DNA from: Bacteroidales bacterium
GTDB lineage: Bacteria; Bacteroidota; Bacteroidia; Bacteroidales; JAADGE01
Direction of reading: 5' to 3'
Length of the DNA stretch: 64,000 nt
Assembly: GCA_021648725.1 (NCBI GenBank)
Contig: JAKISF010000003.1
Span: 65,116 to 129,115, forward strand
Below, in pieces: positions 30,260-40,613 of the stretch (positions within the stretch are counted from its first letter, which is position 1; every line of letters starts with the position of its first letter). The notes under the pieces were generated by a model. It searched no databases, was not told the DNA's origin, and saw only the letters and a list, made by a program, of their open reading frames with translations. The position numbers and the translations under genes are program-made.

Positions 30260-30826
30260 ATGTTTTTAGAAGAAAAAGTAAGAACGGCAGGTTGGATTGA
30301 GGTTATAGCCGGCTCTATGTTCTCCGGTAAAACTGAAGAGTTAATTCGTAGGATGATTCGTGCTAAAATTGCACAGCAAAAAACTATGATTTTTAAGCCT
30401 AAAGTTGATACCCGATATTCTGAAAACAAGGTTGTATCTCATGATTCAAAGTCGATTGACTCTACACCTGTTGCAAAAGCTGAGGAAATTTTATATTTAG
30501 CCGAAAAGTATGAAGTTATAGGTATTGATGAAGTGCAATTTTTTAGTGATATTTTGGTGGAAGTTTGCAATAAGCTTGCAGACAAAGGAATAAGGGTTAT
30601 TGTTGCAGGCTTAGACATGGATTTTGCAGGTAAACCGTTTGGTCCTATTCCTAAATTGTTTGCTATTGCTGAGTATGTTACAAAAGTTCATGCAATTTGT
30701 ATGCATTGCGGGAATCTTGCTCATTATTCTCATCGGCTGTCGGATAGTGACAAACAGTTTTTGTTGGGCGAGAAAGATTTATACGAACCTCTTTGCAGGA
30801 AATGCTATAATCAGGTAAATTTATAA
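30260..30826 (+). CDS. tdk: thymidine kinase
   Basis: P-loop [20 protein letters not shown], and C-terminal Zn cysteines CMHCG...CRKC. Confidence 0.95.
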   Translation: MFLEEKVRTAGWIEVIAGSMFSGKTEELIRRMIRAKIAQQKTMIFKPKVDTRYSENKVVSHDSKSIDSTPVAKAEEILYLAEKYEVIGIDEVQFFSDILVEVCNKLADKGIRVIVAGLDMDFAGKPFGPIPKLFAIAEYVTKVHAICMHCGNLAHYSHRLSDSDKQFLLGEKDLYEPLCRKCYNQVNL

Positions 30827-30875
30827 AAGCTTAGAAACATTATACCTTGTTCTTCTTATAGAAAAACGTAATATC

Positions 30876-31970
30876 TCATTTTTTTATTAATTCAATCTCA
30901 AATAGTTTCGGCCATTTTTTTCCGGTAACAAATATCCTGTCGGTTTTACTGTCGTATGCAATTCCGTTTAACACATCTGTTTTATTATTATAATCATTCA
31001 TAGGTAAAATTCCTGTCAAATCAATATATGCTGTAACTTTTCCGTTTGCGGGATTGATTTTTGCTATTTTTTCATATTGATAGATATTTGCATAAATAAA
31101 ACCGTTAATATATTCTAATTCATTTAGGTATTTAACCTGTCCTTTGTTATCGTATGCTTGAAGCCTGTCAATTTCAGAGTATGACTGTGTTTCAAGTACT
31201 GCAATATCTGCTGAGCCGTTAGTCATATATAGTTTCGAATTATCTGTGCATATTCCCCACCCTTCGCCAAAATATGAAAACTCATCCAATAATTTAAATG
31301 TTTCAAAATCATATACAAAGCCTCGTTCAGCTTCCCAACTTAATTGAATAATTTTATTGTCAAACAAAACAATACCTTCTCCAAAAATATCTTTAGGGAT
31401 TGTAAAACTATGGAGAACCTCTCCTGTTTCAAGTTTAACTTTTCTGATTGTTGATTCTCCTTTTAATCCGGTTGCTTCATACAGAAAACCGTCATAGAAG
31501 AAAAGACCTTGCGTATATGCATTAACATCATGTTTGTAAACATTCTTAATTTTATATGTATAGTTTTCCGGGGTTATATCTGATAACAAAACTATATTTT
31601 TTTGTTTTCTGAAACGCTTATTATTTTTGTTTAATTCAATCTCTATATTATTTTCTCCGACTTTATAACTTGCTGAATTCCATTCGTATTCATTGTTGCC
31701 GACATCCAGTTTTGCTGCTTCTTTTTTGTTAATATATAAAATTACTGTGTCGTTATCATCTATTTTGCTTCCTTTTATTGAGATATTAATTATGTCTCCG
31801 ATTGTGTTTTTTTTGTCGGTCTCAACATTAAGAATGAGCGGATTTTCAACTTTTTGAATATTACTATTGTCCTTAATATTATTGTTCTTCTTTTTATCTT
31901 CTGATTTGCATGAGGATAGGGTAATAATAGCTAAAATTGAAAAACTTAAAAATAATTTAAAATAATTCAT
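30876..31970 (-). CDS. glutaminyl-peptide cyclotransferase (beta-propeller type) with N-terminal Ig-like extension
   Basis: Has a lipoprotein signal peptide. The C-terminal about 240 aa match the bacterial/plant glutamine cyclotransferase pattern (YTQGLFFYDGFLYEATG...). Confidence 0.75.
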   Translation of the reverse strand: MNYFKLFLSFSILAIITLSSCKSEDKKKNNNIKDNSNIQKVENPLILNVETDKKNTIGDIINISIKGSKIDDNDTVILYINKKEAAKLDVGNNEYEWNSASYKVGENNIEIELNKNNKRFRKQKNIVLLSDITPENYTYKIKNVYKHDVNAYTQGLFFYDGFLYEATGLKGESTIRKVKLETGEVLHSFTIPKDIFGEGIVLFDNKIIQLSWEAERGFVYDFETFKLLDEFSYFGEGWGICTDNSKLYMTNGSADIAVLETQSYSEIDRLQAYDNKGQVKYLNELEYINGFIYANIYQYEKIAKINPANGKVTAYIDLTGILPMNDYNNKTDVLNGIAYDSKTDRIFVTGKKWPKLFEIELIKK

Positions 31971-31986
31971 CTTTTAAATTTAGTTG

Positions 31987-32472
31987 TTAGATAAGGTTTT
32001 TGGGAGATATGTATATTGTTAATTTGCAAGATTTGTCTTTTATATTTTGCCACTTGCCTTTATATTCTAGAATTGCAACATCAGCTGTTTTCATACTTAC
32101 AAATTTACCTGATAATATTTCTGTAATTGAAGACCATGTCGGATTATGCCCGAATATCATTATGCTTTTTTTTGATTCGTCAACGTCTTTAATTGCTTGT
32201 AATATTTCACTTGTATAACCGAAATAAAAACTTTCATTCCAAATTATATCTTTTTTATATCCTGAATTTTCAGCAACCGCTTCGGCAGTCATCTTTGCTC
32301 TTAATGCCGGAGATGAAATTATTAAATCGGGGGTTAGTCCCCTTTTTTTAATTTCTTTTCCTATTAAAGGAGCAGCAGACTTTCCTCTGTTATTTAACGG
32401 TCTGTCAAAATCTCTGACAGAGCCGTCTGACCAATCAGACTTTGCATGACGCATTATTAATAATTTTTTCAT
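31987..32472 (-). CDS. sixA: histidine phosphatase family protein (SixA-like)
   Basis: Catalytic motif LLIMRHAKS and a downstream FGHNP. Confidence 0.75.
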   Translation of the reverse strand: MKKLLIMRHAKSDWSDGSVRDFDRPLNNRGKSAAPLIGKEIKKRGLTPDLIISSPALRAKMTAEAVAENSGYKKDIIWNESFYFGYTSEILQAIKDVDESKKSIMIFGHNPTWSSITEILSGKFVSMKTADVAILEYKGKWQNIKDKSCKLTIYISPKNLI

Positions 32473-32530
32473 CTTCTATGATTATTAGTACAAAGCTAAA
32501 AAGTTTTTTATAATATTATACAGGAAGGTT

Positions 32531-32538
32531 TATATTTG
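32531..32538 (+). promoter_or_regulatory. -7 promoter box TATATTTG
   Basis: TAnnTTTG match 22 nt upstream of the transporter gene. Confidence 0.35.
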
Positions 32539-32560
32539 CAGGCTTTTTATAAATTTCAGA

Positions 32561-33460
32561 ATGCAAAACATACAAATAGATTGGTTTTTTTATACGATTA
32601 TATTCACGATTATATACGGCGGAGTTAACTTTATGTATAAAATTGCTGCCCATCACAACTGTTCAAGTCATAAGATTATAAAAATATCAGCTATTACAAT
32701 TTCAATACTTTCTTTAATAATCATAATTATAACAGCCAGTCCGTTTACTAATTTTAAAATGCTATTCTTTTTTGCTCTGATAAATTCATTCTTTTTCGGT
32801 ATGGGCAGTATTATCAAAATTCAATCACTAAAATATATTCCCACATCATTTGCTTTCCCCATTACAAAATTGAATGCGGTACTTCTTATTATTTATGCTT
32901 TAATTCTGTTTAATGACCGACCGACCGTACTTCAATGGGCCGGAATCGGAACTTCAATTTTTGTTCTGGCTTATATCAGTTTCAATATTAAAACTGAAAA
33001 TAAGAAAACTAAAATAAAAGACAAAAAACAACTGACAGGAATTTTATTTGCCTTGCTTGCAGCTTTTGCAACCTCAATTTCAATGCTTACAGGAAAATAT
33101 GCATCAACAGAGGTTTCTAAGATTAATTTTATATTTATTTCTTACACAATGGTTATTGTCTATACAGTCATCATTAATAAGTTTGTTATTAAAAAAGACC
33201 AAAAGAAAAAGAATTCCGGCTCAAAAAAAGTTATCTTGTTCGGAATTATTATCGGATTATTAAATTTTGCCGGATATTATTTAGTGTTAAGTGCTTTTGC
33301 AACAGGTCCTTTATCTTTAATTCAAGGCATTTCTTCAAACTCATTTATTATTCCGATTGTTCTGTCTGTCATATTCCTGAAAGAAAAATTTACATATAAA
33401 AATGCAATTGTCGTTGCTCTTTCAATCTTATCAATTATTCTGATAAAAATAGATTTTTAA
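32561..33460 (+). CDS. EamA/DMT-family transporter
   Basis: About ten TM helices in two similar halves. Confidence 0.7.
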   Translation: MQNIQIDWFFYTIIFTIIYGGVNFMYKIAAHHNCSSHKIIKISAITISILSLIIIIITASPFTNFKMLFFFALINSFFFGMGSIIKIQSLKYIPTSFAFPITKLNAVLLIIYALILFNDRPTVLQWAGIGTSIFVLAYISFNIKTENKKTKIKDKKQLTGILFALLAAFATSISMLTGKYASTEVSKINFIFISYTMVIVYTVIINKFVIKKDQKKKNSGSKKVILFGIIIGLLNFAGYYLVLSAFATGPLSLIQGISSNSFIIPIVLSVIFLKEKFTYKNAIVVALSILSIILIKIDF

Positions 33461-33541
33461 AATATTTCTTCTGTTTATCATTCATATCTCTGCAAAATAA
33501 TTAATTTTATATCCTTTTTTATTAAAAAAGAACTAATAATA

Positions 33542-34366
33542 ATGATTATTGAAATAGGTGATTGTATTTTTGAAGGTATATATTCTTCACATTCAATATT
33601 TAATAATATTACAAATTTTATTAATGATGAAAAGAATATTGTTTCCCTGGCAGATGATGAAAAATATTTAAGCCCGAATTCAATAATAATATCAGGAGGT
33701 TCGCATAAAAATGTAACTTCAATCATTATTAACAGTGAGGAAATAATCATTGATAAAAAAAGTTTTAATAAAAAGGAATTAAAAAAATACAATGCATCAA
33801 TTGATTTTAAGAACTCAGAATTTAAAAGTATTATTAAACGGGCTGAAATAATTATTAAAGAGAATATATCCGAATTCAACCCTTTAAGTTTGGCTTTCTT
33901 GATTGAGGAAAAACTTGAACAAAATTTTGAAACACGTTTTCAAAAAGCATTTGTAAAGCATATTAAATCAGCATGGAAAGAGATAGAAAAAGGTAAAATA
34001 ATCAGCGGAGTTAAAAAAGTAAAAGGTTCAGGAATGGGTTTAACCCCTTCCGGTGACGATTTTATTACAGGTATATTATATGCCGTTATTTTGATAGGAG
34101 AAAGTAAAAATATTGACACTTCAAAAATTAGAAAAATAATATATGAGGCAGCAAGAAGCAATAATGAAATTTCGAGAAATATGATTTACCATGCTTCAAT
34201 CGGAGCATATTTCAAACAGTTCAAAGATTTGCAAATTGCATTGATAAATAATGATAAAAATATTAAAGACTATTTAATAAACTTAATTGAAATAGGAGAA
34301 ACATCCGGTTCTGATATGTTAACCGGTTTTTTTCTCAGTTTAAAATATTTAAAAAATAAAATATGA
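33542..34366 (+). CDS. ylbF: DUF2877 protein (YlbF/AllH-like)
   Basis: GSGMGLTPSGDDFITG motif. Sits directly upstream of fdrA and overlaps it with ATGA. Confidence 0.6.
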   Translation: MIIEIGDCIFEGIYSSHSIFNNITNFINDEKNIVSLADDEKYLSPNSIIISGGSHKNVTSIIINSEEIIIDKKSFNKKELKKYNASIDFKNSEFKSIIKRAEIIIKENISEFNPLSLAFLIEEKLEQNFETRFQKAFVKHIKSAWKEIEKGKIISGVKKVKGSGMGLTPSGDDFITGILYAVILIGESKNIDTSKIRKIIYEAARSNNEISRNMIYHASIGAYFKQFKDLQIALINNDKNIKDYLINLIEIGETSGSDMLTGFFLSLKYLKNKI

Positions 34367-35907
34367 TAAAAGGAATAATAAAAAAAGGAGTATATTTTGA
34401 TTCCGTAACACTAATGATTGTTTCCAAAGACTTGAATAAAATTAAAGGAGTTTCTGACTCATCAGTTGTTATGGGAACAAACGAAAACAAGTCTATTCTT
34501 AAAATGGCTGATTTATACCTAAAGATATTTAATGATGCCGACGATACAGACATGTTAATTTCAATTGATGCTGATAATGATGAAGCATTTAACAATGCAA
34601 TTAAATTTATTGAAGATGAATTAAAAGCAATTAGAAATTCATCTGACGACACTTCTGATTTTGCACCGAAAAGTTTTGAGAGTGCCTTAAAATTAATGCC
34701 CGAAGCAAATCTTTCATTAATTTCGGTTGCAGGGAAATATGCTGTTGCAGAAGCAAATAAAGCATTAGGTGCAAACATTAACGTCATGCTTTTTTCAGAT
34801 AATATTTCGGTTGAAGATGAGCTGAAGATGAAGCAAAAAGCCGTTGAAAAAGGTTTACTGATGATGGGACCCGATTGCGGAACAGCCATAATTAACGGTA
34901 TTCCGTTGGCATTTGCAAATGTTTGCAACAAAGGTAACATCGGTATTGTTGCAGCATCAGGAACAGGTTTGCAGGAAGTCAGTTCAATCATTACAAATTT
35001 GGGCGGCGGAATTTCCCAAGCAATAGGAACAGGCGGCAGAGACGTGAAAAAAGAAATCGGCGGAATCATGTTTATCGAAGCTCTTAAAGCACTCGAAAAA
35101 GATGAACAAACAAAAGTAATTACATTAATTTCAAAACCCCCGCACCCGGAAGTTCTTGATAAAATTGCTTCTGAAATTAAACAATTAAAAAAGCCTGTTG
35201 TTGCAATATTTATCGGAGCAGATGTAAAAACAATTGCTGCATCCGGAGCAATTCCTGCCGTAAATCTTGAACAAGCTGCTGTTATTTCAGTTGCTATTTC
35301 CGAAAACAAAGATTACAAAGAAGCATTAAACAAGCTGAATGCACGACAAGAAAAAAATAAAACTCTCGCAAAAGAGCTTGCAAAAAACAATAGCGGCAAA
35401 TATATCAGAGGTTTGTACAGCGGCGGAACTTTATGCGATGAAGCACAACTTCTTTTAAAAGACACACTCGGTTTTACATACAGCAATACTCCGTTAAGCG
35501 CTGATTATCAACTTTCTGACATTTGGAAAAGCAAAGAACACACAATTATTGATTTAGGTGAAGATGAATTTACAGCCGGTCGTCCGCATCCGATGATTGA
35601 TTTTTCATTACGAAACAGAAGAGTTGTAGATGAAGCAGAAGATAAGGAAACCGCTGTATTATTATTAGATGTCGTTTTAGGTTACGGCTCAAATTTAAAT
35701 CCGGAAGCAGAACTGGCACCTGCATTTGAAAAAGCAAAAAAGACAAACCCGAATTTGACAATTATTTGTTCCGTTACAGGCACAGACGAGGATCCTCAAA
35801 ATAGAGCAAAAGTGAAACAAACTCTGGAAAATACAGGAGCAATTGTTATGAATACAAATGTAGAAGCTGTGGAACTTGCGGAAAGTATAGTATCACTGTT
35901 ACAATAA
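34363..35907 (+). CDS. fdrA: FdrA (AllF-like, succinyl-CoA-synthetase-alpha-like) protein
   Basis: Long colinear similarity to E. coli FdrA as I recall it: KKG.YFDSV.LM..S, ISVAG.YA..EA..AL, NVM.FSDN, GLL.MGPDCGT, GNIG...ASGTG.QE, SKPP, GRPHPMID. Confidence 0.9.
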   Translation: MIKGIIKKGVYFDSVTLMIVSKDLNKIKGVSDSSVVMGTNENKSILKMADLYLKIFNDADDTDMLISIDADNDEAFNNAIKFIEDELKAIRNSSDDTSDFAPKSFESALKLMPEANLSLISVAGKYAVAEANKALGANINVMLFSDNISVEDELKMKQKAVEKGLLMMGPDCGTAIINGIPLAFANVCNKGNIGIVAASGTGLQEVSSIITNLGGGISQAIGTGGRDVKKEIGGIMFIEALKALEKDEQTKVITLISKPPHPEVLDKIASEIKQLKKPVVAIFIGADVKTIAASGAIPAVNLEQAAVISVAISENKDYKEALNKLNARQEKNKTLAKELAKNNSGKYIRGLYSGGTLCDEAQLLLKDTLGFTYSNTPLSADYQLSDIWKSKEHTIIDLGEDEFTAGRPHPMIDFSLRNRRVVDEAEDKETAVLLLDVVLGYGSNLNPEAELAPAFEKAKKTNPNLTIICSVTGTDEDPQNRAKVKQTLENTGAIVMNTNVEAVELAESIVSLLQ

Positions 35908-35991
35908 ATTTAAACCACATAATACACAAAGATTTTTGAAAAGTAGCAACTATGTGAACTTTGTGGTAAATAAAATAAAAATAAAGGAAAA

Positions 35992-37395
35992 ATGGCAATA
36001 AACGATATATTTAATAAAGACCTGAAAGTTATAAACACAGGCATAGAAAGTTTTAAAGAAAACATTGAGCACGCAGGAGCGAAAGCTGTCCATGTGGATT
36101 GGAAACCGCCCGTTGATATTGACCCGAAAGTTTGGGAAACGATTAATGCAAAAGAAGGTATTATTAATGCAGCGAATGAAAAAGCATTAGAAATTATCCT
36201 TAACGGAAAACCGAATTTAATCGGTATGGATTTAGCAAAAAATGTAATTCCCGGTATGAAACCGAATTTAATTTTGCATTCAGGACCACCGATTAAATGG
36301 GAAAGAATGTGCGGACCCACAAGAGGTGCAATTATCGGAGCATTAATTTATGAAGGAATGGCAAAAACACCGGAAGAAGCTGAAAAATTGGCTGCTTCCG
36401 ATAAAATAGAATATGCTCCTTGTCATGAACATGATACCGTAGGACCGATGGCAGGAATTGTATCAGCATCAATGCCGGTTTTTATAATAAAAAATGAGGA
36501 ATACGGCAACCAAGCATATTGCACTCAAAATGAAGGACTCGGCAAGGTTTTGCGTTACGGAGCTTTCAGTAAAGAAGTTATCACACGCTTAAAATGGATG
36601 GATGATGTGATGTATCCGATTTTGAAAAAGGCAATTGAAAGCCTAAAAAAAATTGATTTAAAAAACATTATCGCACAAGCATTGCACATGGGCGACGAAG
36701 TTCATAACAGAAACAGAGCAGGAACTTCATTGTTTTACAGAACAATTGCTCCGGCAATTATTAAAACTTCCGATGATAAACAAAACATGGCAGATGTGCT
36801 TGATTTCATTAACGGAAATGACCATTTCTTTTTAAATTTATCAATGCCCGCAGCAAAAGCAACTTTGGATGCTGCAATGAATATCCCGAATAGTTCGGTT
36901 GTATTGGCTTTATCCAGAAACGGAACTGATTTTGGCATCAGACTTGCCGGAACAGGCGAAAAATGGTTCACCGGGAAAGCTCCTTTACCTGATGCATTAT
37001 TTTTCCCCGGATTTACAAAAGAAGATGCCAATCCGGATATCGGCGACAGTGCAATTACTGAAACCGTAGGTTTGGGAGGTTTTGCAATAGCTGCATCACC
37101 TGCAATTGTACAATTTGTAGGTGGCTCTGCACAAGATGCAGTAAATTACACACTTGCCATGTATGAAATTTCTGTCGGAGAAAATAACATCTATCAAATC
37201 CCATATTTAAATTTCAGAGGTACACCGACAGGTATTGATGTCAGAAAAGTTATATCAAAAAACCTAACACCATTTATTGATACCGGAGTTGCACACAAAG
37301 ACCCGGGAGTCGGACAAGTTGGAGCAGGTGTTTTATCTGCACCGATTGAACCATTTAAAAATGCGATTGTCGGTTTTGCAAATAAGTTAAAATAA
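35992..37395 (+). CDS. ylbE: DUF1116 protein (YlbE/AllG-like)
   Basis: The size and the position after fdrA are typical of YlbE. The call rests mainly on gene context and general resemblance. Confidence 0.7.
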   Translation: MAINDIFNKDLKVINTGIESFKENIEHAGAKAVHVDWKPPVDIDPKVWETINAKEGIINAANEKALEIILNGKPNLIGMDLAKNVIPGMKPNLILHSGPPIKWERMCGPTRGAIIGALIYEGMAKTPEEAEKLAASDKIEYAPCHEHDTVGPMAGIVSASMPVFIIKNEEYGNQAYCTQNEGLGKVLRYGAFSKEVITRLKWMDDVMYPILKKAIESLKKIDLKNIIAQALHMGDEVHNRNRAGTSLFYRTIAPAIIKTSDDKQNMADVLDFINGNDHFFLNLSMPAAKATLDAAMNIPNSSVVLALSRNGTDFGIRLAGTGEKWFTGKAPLPDALFFPGFTKEDANPDIGDSAITETVGLGGFAIAASPAIVQFVGGSAQDAVNYTLAMYEISVGENNIYQIPYLNFRGTPTGIDVRKVISKNLTPFIDTGVAHKDPGVGQVGAGVLSAPIEPFKNAIVGFANKLK

Positions 37396-37397
37396 AA

Positions 37398-38567
37398 ATG
37401 ACTCAACAAGCCAATAACATATTCCAAGAAAAGTTAGAATTTACATTTGACAACCAAGAGTTTGTTAAACTAATTTTAAGTAAAAAAAGGAATAAGAATT
37501 CTGATTTAAAGAAAGTCACAATTAAACTTTCTAAAATTAAAGAGGATTTAAAATTATCATTCAATTATACACATAACACAAATGATAAAACTAAAAACTT
37601 TGAGATTGAAGAAGGAATTTCAAAGATTCAAGAGTTATTAGATACCGAATTTTATAATGCCGATTTATTTACAACAAAAGAAACAATTCAACTATTTACT
37701 AACAAGAAAAACAATTCAAAAATAAAAACAACAGAACCTACTTTCACAACTATACCTAATTTGAGTCATGACAAAATAAAGAAAAAAAGAATTTTATTAG
37801 AAAACAATCTTTATTTACAAGAACTCGGCATTACAACAAAAAATTTCAAGATAAAAAAAGATATGCACGACAAATATCGTCAAATCAATAAATATCTTGA
37901 AATCATTGAAAGTTTGTTGGATTCATTAAAAGAAAAAAAAGAATTAAAAATTGTTGATATGGGTTCCGGTAAAGGATATTTAACCTTTGCATTATATGAT
38001 TTTTTAAAAAATAGTTTAAATTTACAACCCAAAATTTCAGGTGTAGAATTCAGGGAGGAATTAGTTAAGAAATCTAATCAGCTTGCAGATAAAGCAGGGT
38101 TTAAGAATCTGAATTTCAAACAGGGAACCATAAAACAAACCGAAATTGGTAAAATTGACATATTAATTGCACTTCACGCTTGCGATACTGCAACAGACGA
38201 AGCAATTTATAAAGGAATTAAGTCAAATGCAGATCTAATAATTGTTGCACCTTGTTGTCAAAAACAAATACGTAAACAATTTAATGTTCAGAATGAAATG
38301 GCATCAATCGTAAAACACGGAATTTTAAAAGAACAGCAAGCAGTTATTATTACGGATGGGTTAAGAGCATTGATATTAGAAGCATTCGGTTATAAAGCCA
38401 AAGTATTTGAATTTATCTCAACCGAACACACACCGAAAAACACAATGGTAGTCGGAACAAAACATAACAATAAAATACATAAAAACGAAATATTAGAAAA
38501 AATAAATGCAATAAAAGATCTTTTCGGGATTGAATATCATCATCTTGAAAAACTGTTAAAAATATGA
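37398..38567 (+). CDS. class I SAM-dependent methyltransferase with about 170-aa N-terminal extension
   Basis: SAM motif I is IVDMGSGKGYLT, and ALHACDTATD follows. The start lies 2 nt after the ylbE stop codon. Confidence 0.7.
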   Translation: MTQQANNIFQEKLEFTFDNQEFVKLILSKKRNKNSDLKKVTIKLSKIKEDLKLSFNYTHNTNDKTKNFEIEEGISKIQELLDTEFYNADLFTTKETIQLFTNKKNNSKIKTTEPTFTTIPNLSHDKIKKKRILLENNLYLQELGITTKNFKIKKDMHDKYRQINKYLEIIESLLDSLKEKKELKIVDMGSGKGYLTFALYDFLKNSLNLQPKISGVEFREELVKKSNQLADKAGFKNLNFKQGTIKQTEIGKIDILIALHACDTATDEAIYKGIKSNADLIIVAPCCQKQIRKQFNVQNEMASIVKHGILKEQQAVIITDGLRALILEAFGYKAKVFEFISTEHTPKNTMVVGTKHNNKIHKNEILEKINAIKDLFGIEYHHLEKLLKI

Positions 38568-38650
38568 CTTTTGAACATCCGCAGGATTTCAAAACGTCAA
38601 ATTCAAAAGCATTATAACAAAAAATATTATATAATTTTAAACAAAAGAAA

Positions 38651-39469
38651 ATGAAAGCAGAAGACGTATTAAAATTTATGAGTAGTGCAAAAATCTACGA
38701 TTTAACACAAAGATTAAGTATTCACACACCACCATGGCCAAGTTATATGCCCTTGCAATTGCAATATTTCAAAAGAATTGCCGGTGCTCACATGGGACAA
38801 GGTGCTAACGGTCAGATTATTAAATCAAGCAACCATGTCGGAACACATATCGACGGTGAAATTCACTTTTTTTCAAGCGGAAAAACTATCGGCGATACAC
38901 CTCTTGATTTCTTCATGGGACAAGCCGCTGTTGCGGACATTTCTGATTTAGTTTCAGATTTCAGCCTTTACACACCGGAAATGATTATGAGTAAAGTTGA
39001 AGTTAAAAAAGGAGATATTTTGATAATCAATACAGGCTACAACAGATTCGGGTGGGATCAACCTGAAAGCGATGAGCTTCGTTATTTTGTAAATCATCCC
39101 GGACCGTCACCCGAATTTCATAAATGGGCATTGGAAATGGAAATTAAATGGATTGGTGTTGATGCCGGAAGTGCAGATCATCCGATGAATACAATTATCA
39201 GAGATTGGCATCCGAAAGCATTCGAAAAAGCAGAAGCAAAACTAATAAAAGATTATGGTAAAACTTGGGACGAAATGTTCCCTCTTGATGAGTATTATCA
39301 AGTTATGCACTTAAATTTATTCCCGAAAGGTTTAATTCATGCAGAAAACCTCGGAGGAGAGATAAACAAAGTCAGTAATAAACGTGTTTGGATCGGTTTA
39401 TTCCCCTTAAAAGGAATTGAAATGGAATCCTCAATGTGCCGTGTTATTGCTATTGACGGAGACGAATAA
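38651..39469 (+). CDS. cyclase-family metal hydrolase (kynurenine formamidase-like fold)
   Basis: HxGTHxDxxxH motif present as NHVGTHIDGEIHF, plus a downstream GVDAGSADHP. Confidence 0.8.
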   Translation: MKAEDVLKFMSSAKIYDLTQRLSIHTPPWPSYMPLQLQYFKRIAGAHMGQGANGQIIKSSNHVGTHIDGEIHFFSSGKTIGDTPLDFFMGQAAVADISDLVSDFSLYTPEMIMSKVEVKKGDILIINTGYNRFGWDQPESDELRYFVNHPGPSPEFHKWALEMEIKWIGVDAGSADHPMNTIIRDWHPKAFEKAEAKLIKDYGKTWDEMFPLDEYYQVMHLNLFPKGLIHAENLGGEINKVSNKRVWIGLFPLKGIEMESSMCRVIAIDGDE

Positions 39470-39483
39470 AAAAGCAGGCAGTA

Positions 39484-39538
39484 GGCAGTCAACAGTTTTT
39501 CGTTTACAATAAATTAAACGAGAAACTGTTAAACTGCC
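39484..39538 (+). other. long imperfect hairpin (possible intra-cluster terminator or attenuator)
   Basis: GGCAGTCAACAGTTTTTCGTT pairs with AACGAGAAACTGTTAAACTGCC around an 11-nt loop. No T-tract follows. Confidence 0.45.
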
Positions 39539-39627
39539 GACTGTGGACTAAAAATTACAGAAACGGTATTGCAGAACAAAACACTTTACAAAATATTAAA
39601 TTAGGTCATCACATAACACTATCAATC

Positions 39628-40515
39628 ATGCCTATATCACACGAATTTGAATATTTTAAACCAAAAAACATAGAGGAGGCAGTTAAACTGTTAGGCAAAA
39701 ATCCTGAAAATACAAAAATAATAGCAGGAGGAACAGATTTAACGGTACATATTAAAGAAGATGTTATTGCACCGGATATTCTTATTGACATAAAGGCAAT
39801 TCCGGAATTTAAGGATATTTCTTTTAAAAATAATATTTTGTCGCTCGGAGCAAACGTAACTTTTTCTGAAATTGAAGAAAATGAACTTATAAAAAATAAT
39901 TTCAGAGTTCTTTGGGAAGCTGCATCAACAGTTGCATCAATCGGTGTTCGTAACAGAGCAACTTTGGCGGGAAACATTTGTTCGGCGGTTCCTTCTTTGG
40001 ATTCTGCACCGGCACTATTTCTTTATGATGCTGAAATATATGTTAAAAGTGCTGAAAATAAACGAATTATTCCAATTGAAGATTGGTTTACGGAACCTAA
40101 AAAACCTTCATTGAGAAATGATGAAATTCTTACAAAAATTGTTTTAAAATTTCCTGAAACGAAATCTGCAAGTTGCTATAAAAAACTTGGGAGATATAAA
40201 GGAGAAGATTTAGCACAAGTAGGCATGGGAGTTTTAGCATTAGAAAATAAGCAATACAAAATTGCCGTTTGTGCCGTAGGACCGGTTCCGAAAACAGCTA
40301 AAAAAACAGAAGCGTTTCTGAACGGAAAAGAATTAACAGAAGAAAATATCAAGCAAGCACAAGATATACTTACAACTGAAATTTCTCCGATAACAGATAT
40401 AAGAGCAACAAAAGAATACAGAACACATATTGCAAAAGTAATGTTAGAAAGAGGATTAAAAGAAAGTGTAGCTTTACTGGAAGGTCAAAAAGTTAAATCT
40501 GATCCGATACTGTAA
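39628..40515 (+). CDS. molybdo-hydroxylase FAD-binding (medium) subunit, CoxM/XdhB-like
   Basis: The N-terminus F.YFKPKNIEEAVKLL, IIAGGTDL and ATLAGNI motifs match the FAD_binding_5 family. Confidence 0.85.
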   Translation: MPISHEFEYFKPKNIEEAVKLLGKNPENTKIIAGGTDLTVHIKEDVIAPDILIDIKAIPEFKDISFKNNILSLGANVTFSEIEENELIKNNFRVLWEAASTVASIGVRNRATLAGNICSAVPSLDSAPALFLYDAEIYVKSAENKRIIPIEDWFTEPKKPSLRNDEILTKIVLKFPETKSASCYKKLGRYKGEDLAQVGMGVLALENKQYKIAVCAVGPVPKTAKKTEAFLNGKELTEENIKQAQDILTTEISPITDIRATKEYRTHIAKVMLERGLKESVALLEGQKVKSDPIL

Positions 40516-40610
40516 ACCTTGCAGGGTCGACAGACCTGCAAGCGTTTATTTAAAAAGAAATGTTTTAAACAATTTACGCTGTGAGGTTAAAAAAACACTC
40601 ACAGGAAACA
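40515..40610 (+). repeat. two-hairpin module A1-B1 (left copy)
   Basis: Hairpin A is CTTGCAGG/CCTGCAAG (40518-40541). Hairpin B is CTGTGAG/CTCACAG (40579-40604). The module repeats at 41286-41412. Confidence 0.8.
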
Positions 40611-40613
40611 AAA

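Noticed and set aside
34335-35309. 324-aa ORF on the minus strand. Similar long antisense ORFs lie at 62462-63070, 18878-19288, 35910-36320, 39609-39977 and 3035-3487.
   Set aside because: All lie antisense to genes with strong family motifs (fdrA, scoB, exbB, ylbE, the FAD subunit, sdaA). Their translations are low-complexity (S/I/F/L-rich) with no motifs. They are shadow ORFs.
40581-40613. N-terminal extensions given by the ORF track: GTG at 40581 for the RAYT, GTG at 60670 for the transposase, GTG at 47361 for the lyase and TTG at 45523 for the bestrophin-like gene.
   Set aside because: The extensions start inside hairpin B, inside the IS left end, in an untranslated leader, or on top of a TAnnTTTG promoter box. 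In-frame ATG codons downstream give family-typical N-termini.
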